Source: Epiperipatus broadwayi (lineage: Eukaryota > Animalia > Onychophora). From it: a DNA stretch of 64,000 nt. The stretch covers positions 8,060,001-8,124,000 of the forward strand of contig JAQFVV010000006.1 of NCBI GenBank assembly GCA_028023455.1, read 5' to 3'. Shown one piece after another: positions 35,869 to 48,769 of the stretch. The notes beneath the pieces were generated by a model that did no database searches, had not been told where the DNA came from, and worked only from the letters and a program-made list of their open reading frames with translations. The translations under genes and the position numbers were made by a program. The first letter of the stretch is position 1. The number at the start of each line of letters is the position of its first letter.

Positions 35869-38844
35869 ATGATAAAGATTTTTCCCAATTATACAATTAT
35901 GACAGACAAAAATAAAGCATGGCCCTTAATCCCAGGAGGCTGTAAAGTCACCAACCAAGGCAGTGGTTGGTGGCCGAAGGCGGAGGGTGCTAAGAATATC
36001 CTGGAGGCGGACCCAGGCTGCCATTTGATGATGACTTTTTATTTAGGTACTTACAACTGCAGATCACTTTCAAGTGAAGGAAGATTGCAAGAATTAGAAG
36101 AAGAACTCTCTTATATTAAATGGGATATTATTGGACTTTGTGAAGTTAGAAGAAAAGGTGAAGAGACAATTGATTTAAAAAGTGGACATATGCTCTATTA
36201 TAAAGGCACAAATATTGGAAATACAAGTGGAGTAGGATTCATTATAAATAAAAAGTGGAAGAACAATATTGTGGAGATTGATGGTGTATCAGACAGAGTG
36301 GCAAGATTAGTTATACAACTTAATAGCAGATATCAAATGCAGATAATTCAGGTTTATGCCCCAACAAGTTCTCACAGTGATGAAGTAGTAGAAGATTTTT
36401 ATATGGATGTACAAAAGGCTTTTGATCAGAGTAAACAACATTTTAAAATTGTTATGGGAGATTTTAATGCTAGAATTGGTAAACAAATGAAAGATGAAAG
36501 TGTTGTAGGTAATTTTGGTTATGGTAATAGAAATGAGAGAGGACATAGACTTGTGGAGTTTGCAGAGAAGGAAAAACTTTATATTATGAATTCTTTTTTT
36601 GAGAAAAATGTTAGAAGGAAATGGACATGGAAGCATCCAAATGAAGGTACAGCAGAATTGGATTATATTTTGACTAACAGGAAATACATATTTCAAGATT
36701 GTAATGTTCTTAATAAATTTAACACAGGAAGTGATCATCGATTAGTAAGGGGTAAGATACATGTTAATGTAAAACTAGAGAGACAAAAATTATTAAGAAA
36801 AACTATATTTACAGTTGATATTCCTAATCTTCAGAAACATTCTAATGAATTTAAATTAGAACTTACAAATCGGTTTCAAGTATTAGTAGATTTTGAACAT
36901 GATTCAGATTTGAATGAAATTAATATGAAAATAACTGATACACTTTTAAAAACTGCAACAAACAAAGAGCAGCAATTGACTAATAAAATTTCTACTGAGA
37001 CTAGAGAACTTATGAAGAAAAGAAGGAATATGAAGATATGCAAGAATGATGCATTAAAAAGAATTGAATATCTCGAATTTTGTAAAATGGTGCGGAAAAG
37101 AGTTGAAAATGATATAAGAAAGTATAACTGTGAACTAGCAAGAAAAGCTGTAGAAGAAAATAAAAGTCTTAAGAATGTAAAACAACATTTTGGTATTGGT
37201 AGGAAATTTATATCTGCAATAAGGAAAAAAGATGGAATTATTACTAAAAAGAGGGATGACATTATGAAATTGGTAGAAGATTTTTATCAAGAATTATATA
37301 GTAATAAAGAACAAGTACCTCCTATATCTATTACATCTTCCGAATTGCCCAGAATTTTAAATGAAGAAGTGAGAAATGCAATTAAATGTATGAAAAAAGG
37401 AAAGGCTCCAGGTAATGATGGAATTATAATTGATATATTAAAAGAAGCAGGTGAAGAAACAGAAAAAATATTAGCAAAGTTATATACCAAATGTCTAAAT
37501 GATAAAGATGTACCGGATGATTGGAAGAATGCAGTAATAATATTAATATTTAAAAAAGGTGATAAAGAAGATATTAGAAATTACAGACCTATCAGCCTTT
37601 TATCAGTTTTATATAAAATTTTTACCAAGATAATTACAACTCGTCTACAGAGAACCTTGGATTTTCACCAACCAAGAGAACAAGCTGGATTTAAAAGTGG
37701 TTTTAGTACAGTAGATCATATTCAAGTATTGAGAGAAGTTATAGAAAGGACAAATGAATGTGAGTTGTCATTATGTTTTGGATTTGTAGATTATGAAAAG
37801 GCATTTGATTCTATAAACATTTCTTCAGTGATTAAAGCATTGGATCATCAAGGTATAGATCCAGGATATTGTCATATTTTAAAGAATATTTATAAAAATG
37901 CAACAGCAACAATTAGATTACATAATGATACTGGGAAAGTCAACATTGAGAAAGGTGTAAGACAAGGTGACTCCATATCTCCAAAACTTTTTACAGCAGT
38001 GCTGCAAGAAGTATTTTGTGGATTAAAATGGGAAACTAAAGGAGTGAAAGTAAATGGAGATTATTTAAGTCATTTAGATTTCGCAGATGATGTAGTTGTT
38101 TTTGCAAATAATGCTTCCGAGCTGCAGGAAATGTTGCAGGAGTTATCAGATGAAAGTAGGAAAGTAGGACTAAAGATAAATGTTAAAAAGACTAAAGTAA
38201 TGTTTAATCGATTTGCTCCAAATATGAAAATAAAGATTGATTATGATGAATTAGAAGAAGTTAAGAGTTACAAATACCTTGGTCAGATTATTAATACAGA
38301 TGGAAACATAATAGAGGAAATTAATCATAGAATTAAACTTGGTTGGAGTGCTTTTGGTAGAAATAACTTGATATTAAAAAGAAATATGCCTATGTGTTTG
38401 AAAAGAAAGGTTTTTAACAAATGTGTTTTACCAGTTCTTACTTATGGATCTGAGACTTGGACACTTAATAGAAGATCAATACAGAGACTTCAGACCACTC
38501 AAAGAAGTATGGAGAGATGTAGGTTGGGAGTAACAAGAAGAGATCGAAAACGCAATGTATGGGTAAGAGAACAAACAGGTGTTACTGACCTCATTGAAAA
38601 AATTAAAAGATTGAAGTGGAGTTGGGCTGGACATATTGCTAGAAGAGATGATAATAGATGGACAATTGAAATTTTAAACTGGATTCCAAGAGATTGTAAA
38701 AGACCCAGAAAGAGACCACATGTAAGATGGATGGACAAAATAAGAAAATGTGTAGGGGTGATGTGGAGAAGAGAAGTTAAAGATCGGAGAAGATGGATTG
38801 AACTTGGAGAGACCTTCATCCTGCAGTGGATTGATAATGGTTGA
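35869..38844 (+). CDS. RTE-clade LINE polyprotein: APE endonuclease + reverse transcriptase (991 aa, uninterrupted)
   Basis: APE motifs [42 protein letters not shown] motifs [52 protein letters not shown]-typical WAGHIAR. Confidence 0.95.
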   Translation: MIKIFPNYTIMTDKNKAWPLIPGGCKVTNQGSGWWPKAEGAKNILEADPGCHLMMTFYLGTYNCRSLSSEGRLQELEEELSYIKWDIIGLCEVRRKGEETIDLKSGHMLYYKGTNIGNTSGVGFIINKKWKNNIVEIDGVSDRVARLVIQLNSRYQMQIIQVYAPTSSHSDEVVEDFYMDVQKAFDQSKQHFKIVMGDFNARIGKQMKDESVVGNFGYGNRNERGHRLVEFAEKEKLYIMNSFFEKNVRRKWTWKHPNEGTAELDYILTNRKYIFQDCNVLNKFNTGSDHRLVRGKIHVNVKLERQKLLRKTIFTVDIPNLQKHSNEFKLELTNRFQVLVDFEHDSDLNEINMKITDTLLKTATNKEQQLTNKISTETRELMKKRRNMKICKNDALKRIEYLEFCKMVRKRVENDIRKYNCELARKAVEENKSLKNVKQHFGIGRKFISAIRKKDGIITKKRDDIMKLVEDFYQELYSNKEQVPPISITSSELPRILNEEVRNAIKCMKKGKAPGNDGIIIDILKEAGEETEKILAKLYTKCLNDKDVPDDWKNAVIILIFKKGDKEDIRNYRPISLLSVLYKIFTKIITTRLQRTLDFHQPREQAGFKSGFSTVDHIQVLREVIERTNECELSLCFGFVDYEKAFDSINISSVIKALDHQGIDPGYCHILKNIYKNATATIRLHNDTGKVNIEKGVRQGDSISPKLFTAVLQEVFCGLKWETKGVKVNGDYLSHLDFADDVVVFANNASELQEMLQELSDESRKVGLKINVKKTKVMFNRFAPNMKIKIDYDELEEVKSYKYLGQIINTDGNIIEEINHRIKLGWSAFGRNNLILKRNMPMCLKRKVFNKCVLPVLTYGSETWTLNRRSIQRLQTTQRSMERCRLGVTRRDRKRNVWVREQTGVTDLIEKIKRLKWSWAGHIARRDDNRWTIEILNWIPRDCKRPRKRPHVRWMDKIRKCVGVMWRREVKDRRRWIELGETFILQWIDNG

Positions 38845-38852
38845 TGGTGATG

Positions 38853-39300
38853 ATATATTTATAAAATAAATAATGAGAATCTCCGTTTAAATATTCAGAG
38901 GATCAAAGCTGAGCTTTAGTTTAAACAAATTCTAAACATGAAATGAAAACTCAGTTTTAATATCTGTAAATAATAAATAACTCAGATTAAGTGTAAATTA
39001 ACAGGAAGTAACTGAAGTTTCCAATGATAATGTAAATTAATTAAATAAACTAAGCATACATAAGAACAAATGCTAAGAGACATGTGGTGTCATCTTTTAA
39101 GGAGTTTATTTGCATTATATAATTCATTGGAAGTTTCAGTTAATTCCTGCTCAGTTATATATAATCTGAGTTATTTATTATTTATAGATATTAAAACTGG
39201 GTTTTCATTTCATATTTAGAGGTTGTTTAAACTAAAGCTCAGCTTTGATCCTCCAAATATTTAAATGGTGATTCTTATCATTTATTCTATAAATATATAT
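38853..39300. mobile_element. Fold-back/MITE-like element with ~170 bp inverted arms
   Basis: GAGGATCAAAGCTGAGCTTTAGTTTAAACAA and its reverse complement in the two arms; TA-rich ends; part of the interior is re-duplicated at ~39345-39460. Confidence 0.8.
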
Positions 39301-40344
39301 AATCAATAGATCAAATTCATTCCATCATTTAAAATTACATAAAGTAACTAAGCACTTATAAGAACAAATGCTAAGAGACAGGTGATAACATCTGTCTTTT
39401 TGGGGAATTTACTTACATTATATTTAGAAGTTTTGGTTACTTTCTGTTCAATTATATATATAATGTAATGGTATAAAATGAACAAGAAGAAGAGAGTTTT
39501 CAAAAGCCCAAATTAAAGATGCCAAAATGTATAACTGTAAAGAAATGAGACAAGAGGAATAAAGAAACTAGCTCTAAATACCAAATTTGTACTGATAGTT
39601 TGTAAACAAGAAAAGATCCGGTTTATCTTTTTATCGTAAGAAAATACTAACACAATAAATGTTATAATCTATAATAGAATAAGTTGAATTTTTTTTATCA
39701 TCTCCTCTTATACACTTTAATGAAATCTTTTTTTATATCATCGGACAGTCAAAACTAAAGAAGGAATGATATTAAAAAAGATTGAATTAAAGTGTATAAG
39801 AAATGATAATATATATATAAGAATATATGAAGAGAAATGAAAAAAAGTAAAGGAGAAGATATAAAATAAGTTGATTTAAATAGACTGTTTACTTTATATG
39901 TCCTATAAGTTATAAAGTTAAGATTTAAAATAATGTTAATTGTATAATGTGAATACATAATGAAATTGATATACTAGCTAAAATCAATAATGATCTGTTA
40001 CTTAAATGAATCAAATCTGCAAAAGAATAAAATGAGTGAAGACTGGGTAGGTTTTGCTGATAAAATAATAAAGAATACATGCTGCAATAATATTTAAAAT
40101 TTATTAATATATTATTAACATTGGTATTCATTCATAAATAATCTTACTGTTATTGTGATAAAATTCACATTGTTTTCAAGAATATATAAAGACATTAAGC
40201 TTAAGAATTATATAAAATTTTATTGCAAGAATTTAATAATAGCTTTTATACTAATGAATGTTCCTGAAATTATTACATTAACTTCTAGTCATTGCTGGCT
40301 TCTCTTATAGCAATAAAATTTATATTACTTTGTTAATAATTTGT

Positions 40345-40890
40345 GAAGCGCATACTCATCACATAAGTAATATATATTAATGCTCTCAAGTCAAAATGCT
40401 TTAGATTCACCTATATATTTAGAAATTAGATCAAAGATAGGAGTGGCCACTCTTGTCTTTTAAAGTCATTAATCTTGTGTTTAGATTTGTAGAGGTCTCT
40501 ACTATCACATTTTAGGTGCATAGTCTTAAGGTTATAGCCTTAATATATATTACTTACATGATGAATATGTGCTTTACAAATTATTAATTATAACTTTAAA
40601 TTGTTTTAAAAGATGTCTAATTATAAAAACTTCATACTGACTCATTGTAAATGGAAAGATTTCACGTATATTAGTTTGTATAGATATTTGTGGACTTAAT
40701 CAGTGGAGTAGTTAATAGCTTCACGCTCTCAAATCAAAATGCTTTAGATTCACTTATGTATTTAGAAATTAGATCGAAGGTAGGACTGGCCGCTCATCTT
40801 TTAAAGTCATTAATCTTGTGTTTAGATTGGTACACATCCCTACTGTCGCATTTTAGGCGCATAGTCTTAAGGTTATAGCCTTAATATATT
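40345..40890. repeat. Tandem repeat family I, period ~343 bp, with a short inverted piece at the left end
   Basis: GCTCTCAA.TCAAAATGCTTTAGATTCAC at 40382 and 40725; relatives at 53690-54340 and ~1880-1960. Confidence 0.8.
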
Positions 40891-41150
40891 AATTACTTTG
40901 TTAATTAGACCTTGAGTGTTTTACACATCTATCAATCTAAATAAGACCCATGATTTGGAATTATTATTATTATTATTATTATTGATGATGATGATGATTT
41001 ATCTACAAAGTGAACAATAGAAGATGAATGAATATATTATAATAATTTAAATTAAGATGTCATATAATATTGTGTTTGTTTGTGAGCCAAAATTTTGTGT
41101 GAGTGACCTGAATACTGTAAGGTTTTTGATTATAATTTCTTAATAATGCA

Positions 41151-41369
41151 TTGGTACACAATGCCATGATTATGCATGATTTAGTTCCCACTGACTGTTG
41201 GCTATTTCGAAAATTAACGTTGTCCGTGAAAGGAGCACATCATGACTCCATTCAGGAAATCTCCAGAAGCTGGCAACAAAATTTTCTGCCAACAATTTCA
41301 AGAACTATTTCAAATGCTTTCCACAAATGTTTCCAGCAGTTTATCGAGTCACAAGTGGACTATTTTTAA
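41151..41369 (+). pseudogene. mariner transposase C-terminal relic
   Basis: DLVPTDCWLFRKL...KG...DSIQEI and FIESQVDYF resemble the mariner PDLAPxDFWLFxxLK...G..F and CI...GDYFE motifs. Confidence 0.7.
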
Positions 41370-41393
41370 AAATCTATAATAAAAATAAAATGT

Positions 41394-41504
41394 AGTCTTG
41401 CATTGGTGGTCGAGAGGTCAGCGTGACTCCCTTGCACTTGCAGGCAGTTGCCCGGGTTGCGGGTTCGCGTCCCGGCCGATGCTATGATACTTAAAAAAAA
41501 AAAA
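41394..41504 (+). mobile_element. tRNA-Gly-derived SINE (family C)
   Basis: GCATTGG...CCGATGC, GGGTTCGCGTCCC B box, TATGATACTT plus poly(A); possible AAAATGTA target duplication. Confidence 0.85.
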
Positions 41505-42765
41505 TGTAAATAAACATATTGTATTTCACTTCATATCAGTTATCATTTTATTGGGGCTCACCATGTATATGAACACATTACTTATCATTTGGGTTATGTG
41601 AACATTATTAAGACCAAGATGTAGCGATCTTATTAAATTAAGGCAATCACTATTTATATAGTATATTTAATATATAGATATATCCCCCATTAAATCATCT
41701 ATTTGAATGTAGCTTTACTTTTTACACACACATATATATTTAAATACAAGTATATCAATTAAACTGAACTATATGCGATTATATACGTTTATGTGTGTCG
41801 TTTTATGTGAAGACATTATAATTTACTTATATCGTTATGATTATATAAAGGTAGTTATACTTTTGTTATAATAAAGTATCGAATCGAAGTATATATAATA
41901 GTATAATCCAAACTATGTATGATATTCCAAATACTTCATTGAAGACTAATGAATAATGTCTCAATAGAGATTGGATTATGTTTTTCCTTAATTAACTCTT
42001 AAGTACTGTTTAGAAAATAATCATCTTCTCAAGAGACGAACAAAATAGGCGAATGACAAAGGCTGTCTGCTTAAAGGCAGATTTGTATTTCACAAAATGA
42101 GGTTTTGTCACTGAGATATCCCTCTTGAGGGATATGAAGAAGTATGAAAGAAAAACACTAGTCAAAAACTGCTACCTTTCTACTTAAAACCAAAAATCCT
42201 TTACCGTTAATTAATCTGCAGCCCTGAAATATATATAAGTGGGAATCAATATTCCCTTGGGGATACAAATTTAAGGATGATTTCTCCCAAAGACAGAGAA
42301 AGTTAAGACATATACAGTATTGGCACTATTTTTTAACTTCTACATTTAATTAATTCACATACACATACATGCACAAGGATATATACGATATAAATAATGA
42401 AAGGAAAAAAAATCTGAATATTTATTCCGAGAAATATGAAAATGCTGTTGTCTATTGCTTTATCAAAATATAGTGCATCTGTGTATTTTTGATAAACATT
42501 TAAATATATTCATTAATTTTTCTACACTATTTAATTTTCAGATAAACACACCCAATTGTGTGCTCTTTGTACATTGATATATCAACAAAACATCTATCGA
42601 GCATATCCATTTAAAAACAGTAATTTCACTCAAAACCATAAGCTTGAGTAATCAATCAACTTGAGGTGATAATTCTATGCTCTCATTCTTATACAAGATT
42701 ATGGCTATCGCCTTTCTCAAGACTTCTAAAAGCACATGATCTAATGATCTTTTTTGGGTTTATAT

Positions 42766-43051
42766 TACCTTTGGCAGAATAGATAACTCAGTTGGTTAGA
42801 GTGTCACTTTAAAATTCAATATTCAAGACTCTAATGATCCAGGTTCGATTCAGATGCTAGTACTGTCACTGATCAGGCCGGCAATACCTGAAGAAGAGAA
42901 GAGAATAATACCTCTTGAAACTTTGTGCATATACTAACCTGTGTCCTATTAAACTGGTAAATGTAATTGGAATATTTAAATAAAGTTAAATTTTTCTAAA
43001 GACATTCAATACTTAATATTAGATGATGGAAGTAGTCCAATATATAAATAC
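42766..43051 (+). mobile_element. Family B pseudo-LTR fragment: tRNA-like module plus hammerhead (42885-42927)
   Basis: CTGAAGA-A-GAG...CCTCTT-GAAA-CTTT-GTG; ends at the same ...AATAC point as the other direct arms. Confidence 0.8.
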
Positions 43052-43129
43052 CTTGAATACCGTTTTCCCCCCTTCTTTTTTTTTTTTTTTTTTATAAATA
43101 TAGTTAACTTAATAACCTCCACTTCATCA

Positions 43130-43240
43130 TACTCTTAAAAGACAAATGACCCCCAAGATGCACTGTGGGCTGGCCCACCAATCATCAACTGGTCCAGATC
43201 ACAATCTCTCACATATATCTTTATCATAGTTCAGTATTTA
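43130..43240 (-). mobile_element. Degenerate family A fragment
   Basis: CAATCATCAACTGGTCCAGATCACAATCTCTCACATATAT matches the region around and upstream of the family A hammerhead. Confidence 0.55.
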
Positions 43241-43505
43241 TCAATAGCAAATTGTTACATTTTGATTTACAGGTGTCAAACTTACATCACCCACATCTTT
43301 GACATGATCAACTTTCTCAAAAACACAAATGAACTATATAAAATATTACAGATAAATTAATTTTTAAATCTATTTCTGATTTTGAAAATATTTTTTATCA
43401 CATTGCATTATCCAAGACTCTTCCCCTTTTAAAATCAAATGTATATATAATACCAAGAGCGGATTGCTTTCATCCTATTCTGCAACCATCTACTTTAAGT
43501 TTGAG

Positions 43506-43542
43506 TGCAGATTGGTTTCTGGATTCTTCCTTCATCAGTGAA
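43506..43542 (-). ncRNA. Hammerhead motif, lineage E/H
   Basis: Reverse: TTCA-CTGATGA-A-GGA-AGAA-TCC-A-GAAA-CCAAT-C-TGCA; core intact, perfect 3-bp stem II, AUC triplet. Confidence 0.65.
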
Positions 43543-43779
43543 AATTAAGATTCAAAGTTAGAATTACTGTACTTATGTGTGTGAGAGATAGCATGATCTT
43601 CTTGGTGACATGTACAGGTTTCAATGAAACGTTAATGGGTTTGCTCTTCAGACTGCCAGCAGTGCCATCTCTGAATCAATCTGTGCATTATGTATTCACC
43701 ACAAAAATTTTAATGTGTTAATATGATGGAATCACGGGTTGTGTCATGAAATGTGAGAGCATATTTTTTATCTTTATAG

Positions 43780-43915
43780 ATCATTTTCAGTGTTCTCCCT
43801 ACTAAAAAGTTTTGTAATCCATGATTTCATTGCCATATATAGGTTGAATCATTTCAGATGTTTCAGTGGCAGTTTTGCCTAATCCAAAACAAAATTTAAT
43901 GTTAGTGTGCCACTT
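43780..43915 (-). pseudogene. mariner transposase N-terminal HTH relic
   Basis: Reverse frame KWHTNIKFCFGLGKTATETSEMIQPIYGNE matches the IKFC..LGK.ATET.EM...YG pattern. Confidence 0.75.
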
Positions 43916-44965
43916 TTCTGTGGGTTAAAGTACAAACAGTATGTCACAATTCACATCATAACTCATGATCGAATTCACATCATAACTCATGATCCAGGCA
44001 TCCTAACATTATAATTTTTGTGATGTACAACTAAACCATATCATCGTGTAACATATGCATTGATTTAACAATGGCACCGAAGGCAACTTGGAGGGAGAAC
44101 CAATCATCAGTCATCTTTTAACTGGAACTGAAAACATACATGTGTATATATAGAATTAAATCCATAGATTGTTATTATAATAAAGAATAGAAATGAGAGT
44201 ACATCCATGTAAACAGAGATAACTTTTAGCTTTTGATGTTGCAAAGAAACAATCAATTGTATTGACTATCCCTGAGGCTAACCAAGTTTTCTTATTAACC
44301 AATAATAATTCTTTTGTTAGCAATTGATATCCATATATATATAATCTTGATAAAAAGCGATCATAAAACTTCAATAGTGTTCTTAAATATAAAAATAAAT
44401 AAAGTTTTATTCTTATTATTTTTTAAATTGTCATTAATTAAATTTTAATTAATTCAGAAAGTGCATTTAAAATAATAACTAATAAAACATTATTTGAATC
44501 TCAATAAAATACTAACTCTCCTGCAATGTGATACATCCAGTGTTCACCCTAGTAACACTTTTTGTAATCATCCAATTACTGATTTAACTATTAAGCCATT
44601 ATTCTGTGTCAGAATTCAATAAATTGAACTTGATTTAGTAAAAATATACCATTTCCAAATGAAAAAAATTTAAAAAAAGTCATATTTAAACTTTGCAAAT
44701 ATTGAAAAAGTGAACCAAATAAGAACAAGTATGCTTTTGTCATTCAACAATCAGCATGAAAAGGGTAAATTCAGTGTTGGTAAAACACAGATATATAGAT
44801 GGTAATCTTTAATAAATCTATAAAAGTTCTGCTTTAACACTTTGAAGTAAAATTATATCTGTCAATTTTGAATAGAACCTAGCAAATTTTTTGTTAAATA
44901 TTCCTTCGCATTTGAACATTTTGTTTTTACCAAATTAACTTTTTCACCATATATTCTATAACTAA

Positions 44966-45067
44966 TTTTTTTTTTTTTTAAGTGTCATAGCATCGGCCGG
45001 GATATGAACCCGCAACCTGGGCAACTGCCTGCTAGTGTAAGGCAGTCGCGCTGACCTCTCGACCATG
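44966..45067 (-). mobile_element. tRNA-Gly-derived SINE (family C), slightly 5' truncated
   Basis: Reverse complement of 41400-41504 with a poly(T) run on the plus strand. Confidence 0.85.
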
Positions 45068-45254
45068 TAAGCTTTATAGCAATTTATATGTTTTTTTTAT
45101 ATATAAAAATAAATACCTAAATGAAGTTCTTACCTAATGGAGCACAGCAACAATGGATCTAATGTACCAATTCTTAAAGTTAGAAGAATAAAATATTAGG
45201 ATATTTGAATTTTATGTTATTAAAAGAATAATATATTTAGGATTAAACAGAGAA

Positions 45255-45381
45255 AAACTCTCCATACAGTATTGCCACCTGTGCTAAACAGAGTAATCAA
45301 TGGATGCCAGAAGGCTTGTGCATACAATCCCTATCCAATGCCTGCTCATCCAATATCCCAAGACTAGTTTCTCGCTTGCTA
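45255..45381 (-). mobile_element. Family E fragment ending within the hammerhead
   Basis: Aligns to 31210-31335; reverse strand GAAA-CTAGT-C-TTGGG retains the ACTAGT palindrome. Confidence 0.7.
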
Positions 45382-46809
45382 GTATAGGAGATGTGATCTT
45401 GTGATGCTTAGTGATATTTAGGATTATTTATCATCACAGAAAGAAAAAAATGTCTAAAAGTTAATAAATTATTTATTGTTTTTAAAAATATTATTTTATT
45501 TACCATTTTGACAAAAGTGACTTCTTTATATAAAATAGAAACTGCTTCCGGATGCTTAACGAACTTTCTAAGAGTTGTATCTTTAAAAATAAAGTGTTTT
45601 CAAAGACAACCTTCTATTAGTAACATAGTTTTTGGCTTAAAAATAAGTCTTTTACAAAAAGATTGCACTATAATCATTAATTTGTAAACAAATCACTGAA
45701 AATTACATTTTTTCTTTACAAATCTACAATATTCAGTAATTTAACCTCAGGATAAAACCCTTAACCAATCAAAAACTCTCATTTCTCTTGACTTCTAAGC
45801 CACCTCCCTCAAAGCTTTACCATGGTAATAGGGTTCTATCACCATGCAAAAAGGTCTGTATAATGCTGATATTTTCAGGTATTTTTCCCAACTAATATGT
45901 TACAATTACACAGTTAGAAAAAAGACAGTTGCGCTTAAGACAATGTAGAATATATAGCAATTATAGTGCATTTATAACACCTGCAGACATTTCTAAGCTA
46001 AAACAGGGAGTTAAAATATGAAAAGTTTTATAATTTTAAGAATATACCAAAAGATCTTCACACAGTGCTGGTAATGAAGTATTAGCAATCAGTTCTCTAA
46101 GATGGAGTAATCAGAACCCTATTGTTTTCTTTCTTAAAGGTATGCGAAAAGTTATTATCTTCTATTTTTAATAATAAAACATATACAAATAAAATTAAAA
46201 AGTAATTATGTTATTTTTAATTTTCAACAATTATAACACCTCTACAGTATAATAATAATCATGATTATTAATAAACTTCTAAATTTTTTCTTAATGTAAT
46301 TTAACAAATGGTCTAGAAATGGATTACAAATAGATAACTCCATCACAGGCATGGAGGCAGGACTAAAATACTTTGACCTTGACATTGTTTGTTTATAATG
46401 ATCTCTTTAACCTTTTTCTAAATTAAAAAAATCAATATTCAAACATTCTCTGTTTGTTTTTGTTTTTTTAAAAAATAGTGAAATATCTCAATAGATGATT
46501 ATACAAGCATGATTTAAATGAAACATGATTGATTTCTCTGACCGAAACCTTGATGTCACATTTTGAAAGAATTAAAATGTTCTTTTAATGTATTCAAAAC
46601 AATACAATATTTTTTATTAAATTTTTCAATCCAGCTGACAGTTTAAACTCTATACAGAATTCTAAAAGCTTTTCATCCTACATGCTAATATTAAATATAA
46701 TGTGCTAAAAATTAATTCAAATGTGAGGCTGGGAATTCAAGAGATGAAGTTTATCTGGACGAATTATATGGCTGCATAAAACAAAATAAAAAAACACTCA
46801 GATTGAAAG

Positions 46810-48400
46810 GTAGAAAGTGCTGTAAGTAAATTTGGTTACGGTCATAGAAATAGGAAAAGACAAAGACTTACCAAGTTTGTGGGAAAGGAAAAACTTTATA
46901 TTATGAATACTTCTTTGAAAAGTTTTAATTGGAAATGGACATAAAATCATCCAAATGAAGATACAGCAATAATGTTCTTAATCCATCCAATACAGGAAGT
47001 AATCAGTGATTAGTGAGATGTAGGATATGTGTTAATGCAAAACTAGAGAGAACAAAATTTATTAAGATAAACAGTATTCACATTAAAAATATTCTACCCC
47101 TTTAAAACATTCCAATGAATTTAAATTAGTACTTGTAAATTAATTAACAAACAGATTTTGAAGACGGTTCAGATCAGAATGAAATTAATAGGAAGATAAC
47201 TGATACAGGATTAAGAAATGCACAAAGGAACCAGTAGCAATACAAAAAAAGGAATAATTGCCTGGTAAAATTTCTGCTGAGTCAAAAACAATTTATAAAG
47301 AAAAAAAGGAATATGAAAATATATAAAAATTATCCATTAAGATGAACTGAATATTTAGAAAGCTATGAAAGAGAATAAAAATGTCAAAAGTATAAAACAA
47401 TAACTCAGTATTCGTAGGAAACCTATTTCTGCAATAAGAAGAAAAAATGGAATTATTATTAAAAGGAGAGACAGCAACATGACATGTATGGAAGAGTTCT
47501 ATAAAAAATTATATAGCAATAAAGAACAAAAAAAAAATATTGTCAAAATAACTATATCTTCTGAATGGTCCAGGATTTTTAATGAAGAAATAAGGCGTGC
47601 AATTAAAACCATGAAGAAGAGGAAAGCTCCAGGTAATGACGGAATTATAATTGATATCTTAAAAGAAACAGGTGAGAAAATAGAAAAATTGTGACGGAAT
47701 TATAATTGATATCTTAAAAGAAACAGGTGAGAAAATAGAAAAATTGTTGATAAAGTTATATACCAAATGTCTAAATGATAAAGATGTACCATATGATTGG
47801 AAGAATGCAATATTAATATTTACAAAAGATAATAAAAAAGATATTAAAAATAACAGACCTATCAGTCTTTTATCCGTTCTACATCGGTTTTTTTTTAACT
47901 AAGATAATTACAACTCATTAACAACAAACTTTGGATTTTAACAAATCACAAGAACAAGATGGATTTTGAAGTGATTTAGTACAGGAATTACATCTGAGTA
48001 TTGACAGAAGTTAGAGAAAAGACTAGCAAATATAAGTTGCCATTATGCTTTGGATTTGTAGATTATAAAAAGGCATTTTAAGTCTATAAGAATTTCTTCA
48101 GTGATTAAAGCATTGGATGATCAAGGTATAAACCCAGGATAATGTCATAATCTGAAGAATATTTATAAAAATGCAACTGCAACAATTAAATATATAATGA
48201 TACTAAAAAGATTAACTAAATATAAATATACAGATACTAAAAAAAAAGTGTATGACAGAGCAATTCCTTATTTCAAAAACTTTTTATGGAATTTTGCAAG
48301 AAATATTTTGTGGATTAAATGGGAAGCTAAACAAGTAAAAAGAAAATGGAGATTATTCACTTTCAAAATTGGACTGTATTCACACCCAAACAGATTTGCA
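46810..48400 (+). mobile_element. Old, frameshifted RTE copy of the same family
   Basis: Collinear similarity to ~36500-38060 (for example [15 protein letters not shown]); many indels and stops. Confidence 0.85.
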
Positions 48401-48769
48401 AAATATACAACATATCAATTACAAAATTTCAATCATAATACATAACACAGTGATAGAATTACATAAAAGTAACATTGAGTATTTCTATTACATTTTTTAA
48501 ATTACAGTTTTCTCTGTTAATAACATATTAAATTCAGTTTTCCCTCTATGGGTCATATCAACTGTCTAGATTAAATTTTATAATAAACTATTCAATCAAA
48601 TTCTGATCCATATAATCTAACTCTCTCTCTCTAGATGAACAAATTTCAATTTATACATAATTTGTTTTAAACTTATCAAAATTGAACTTTTACTTCCACT
48701 TATAACATGGCTGTTCAATTCCTGAAGACTAAATCATAGAAGTAACCTATTTGTTACATCTGAGTAATG

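Larger units (their letters stand above)
35607..38853 (+). mobile_element. Full-length RTE-clade non-LTR retrotransposon (5' boundary uncertain, 35607-35658)
   Basis: Structured 5' UTR, single APE-RT ORF, 3' end ...QWIDNG* followed by a (TGA)n-type tail; no clear target-site duplication. Confidence 0.92.

Noticed and set aside
44085-44115. Minus-strand CTGATGA with a TTGG/CCAA hairpin
   Set aside because: Followed by GTTG, not GAAA; no stem I.
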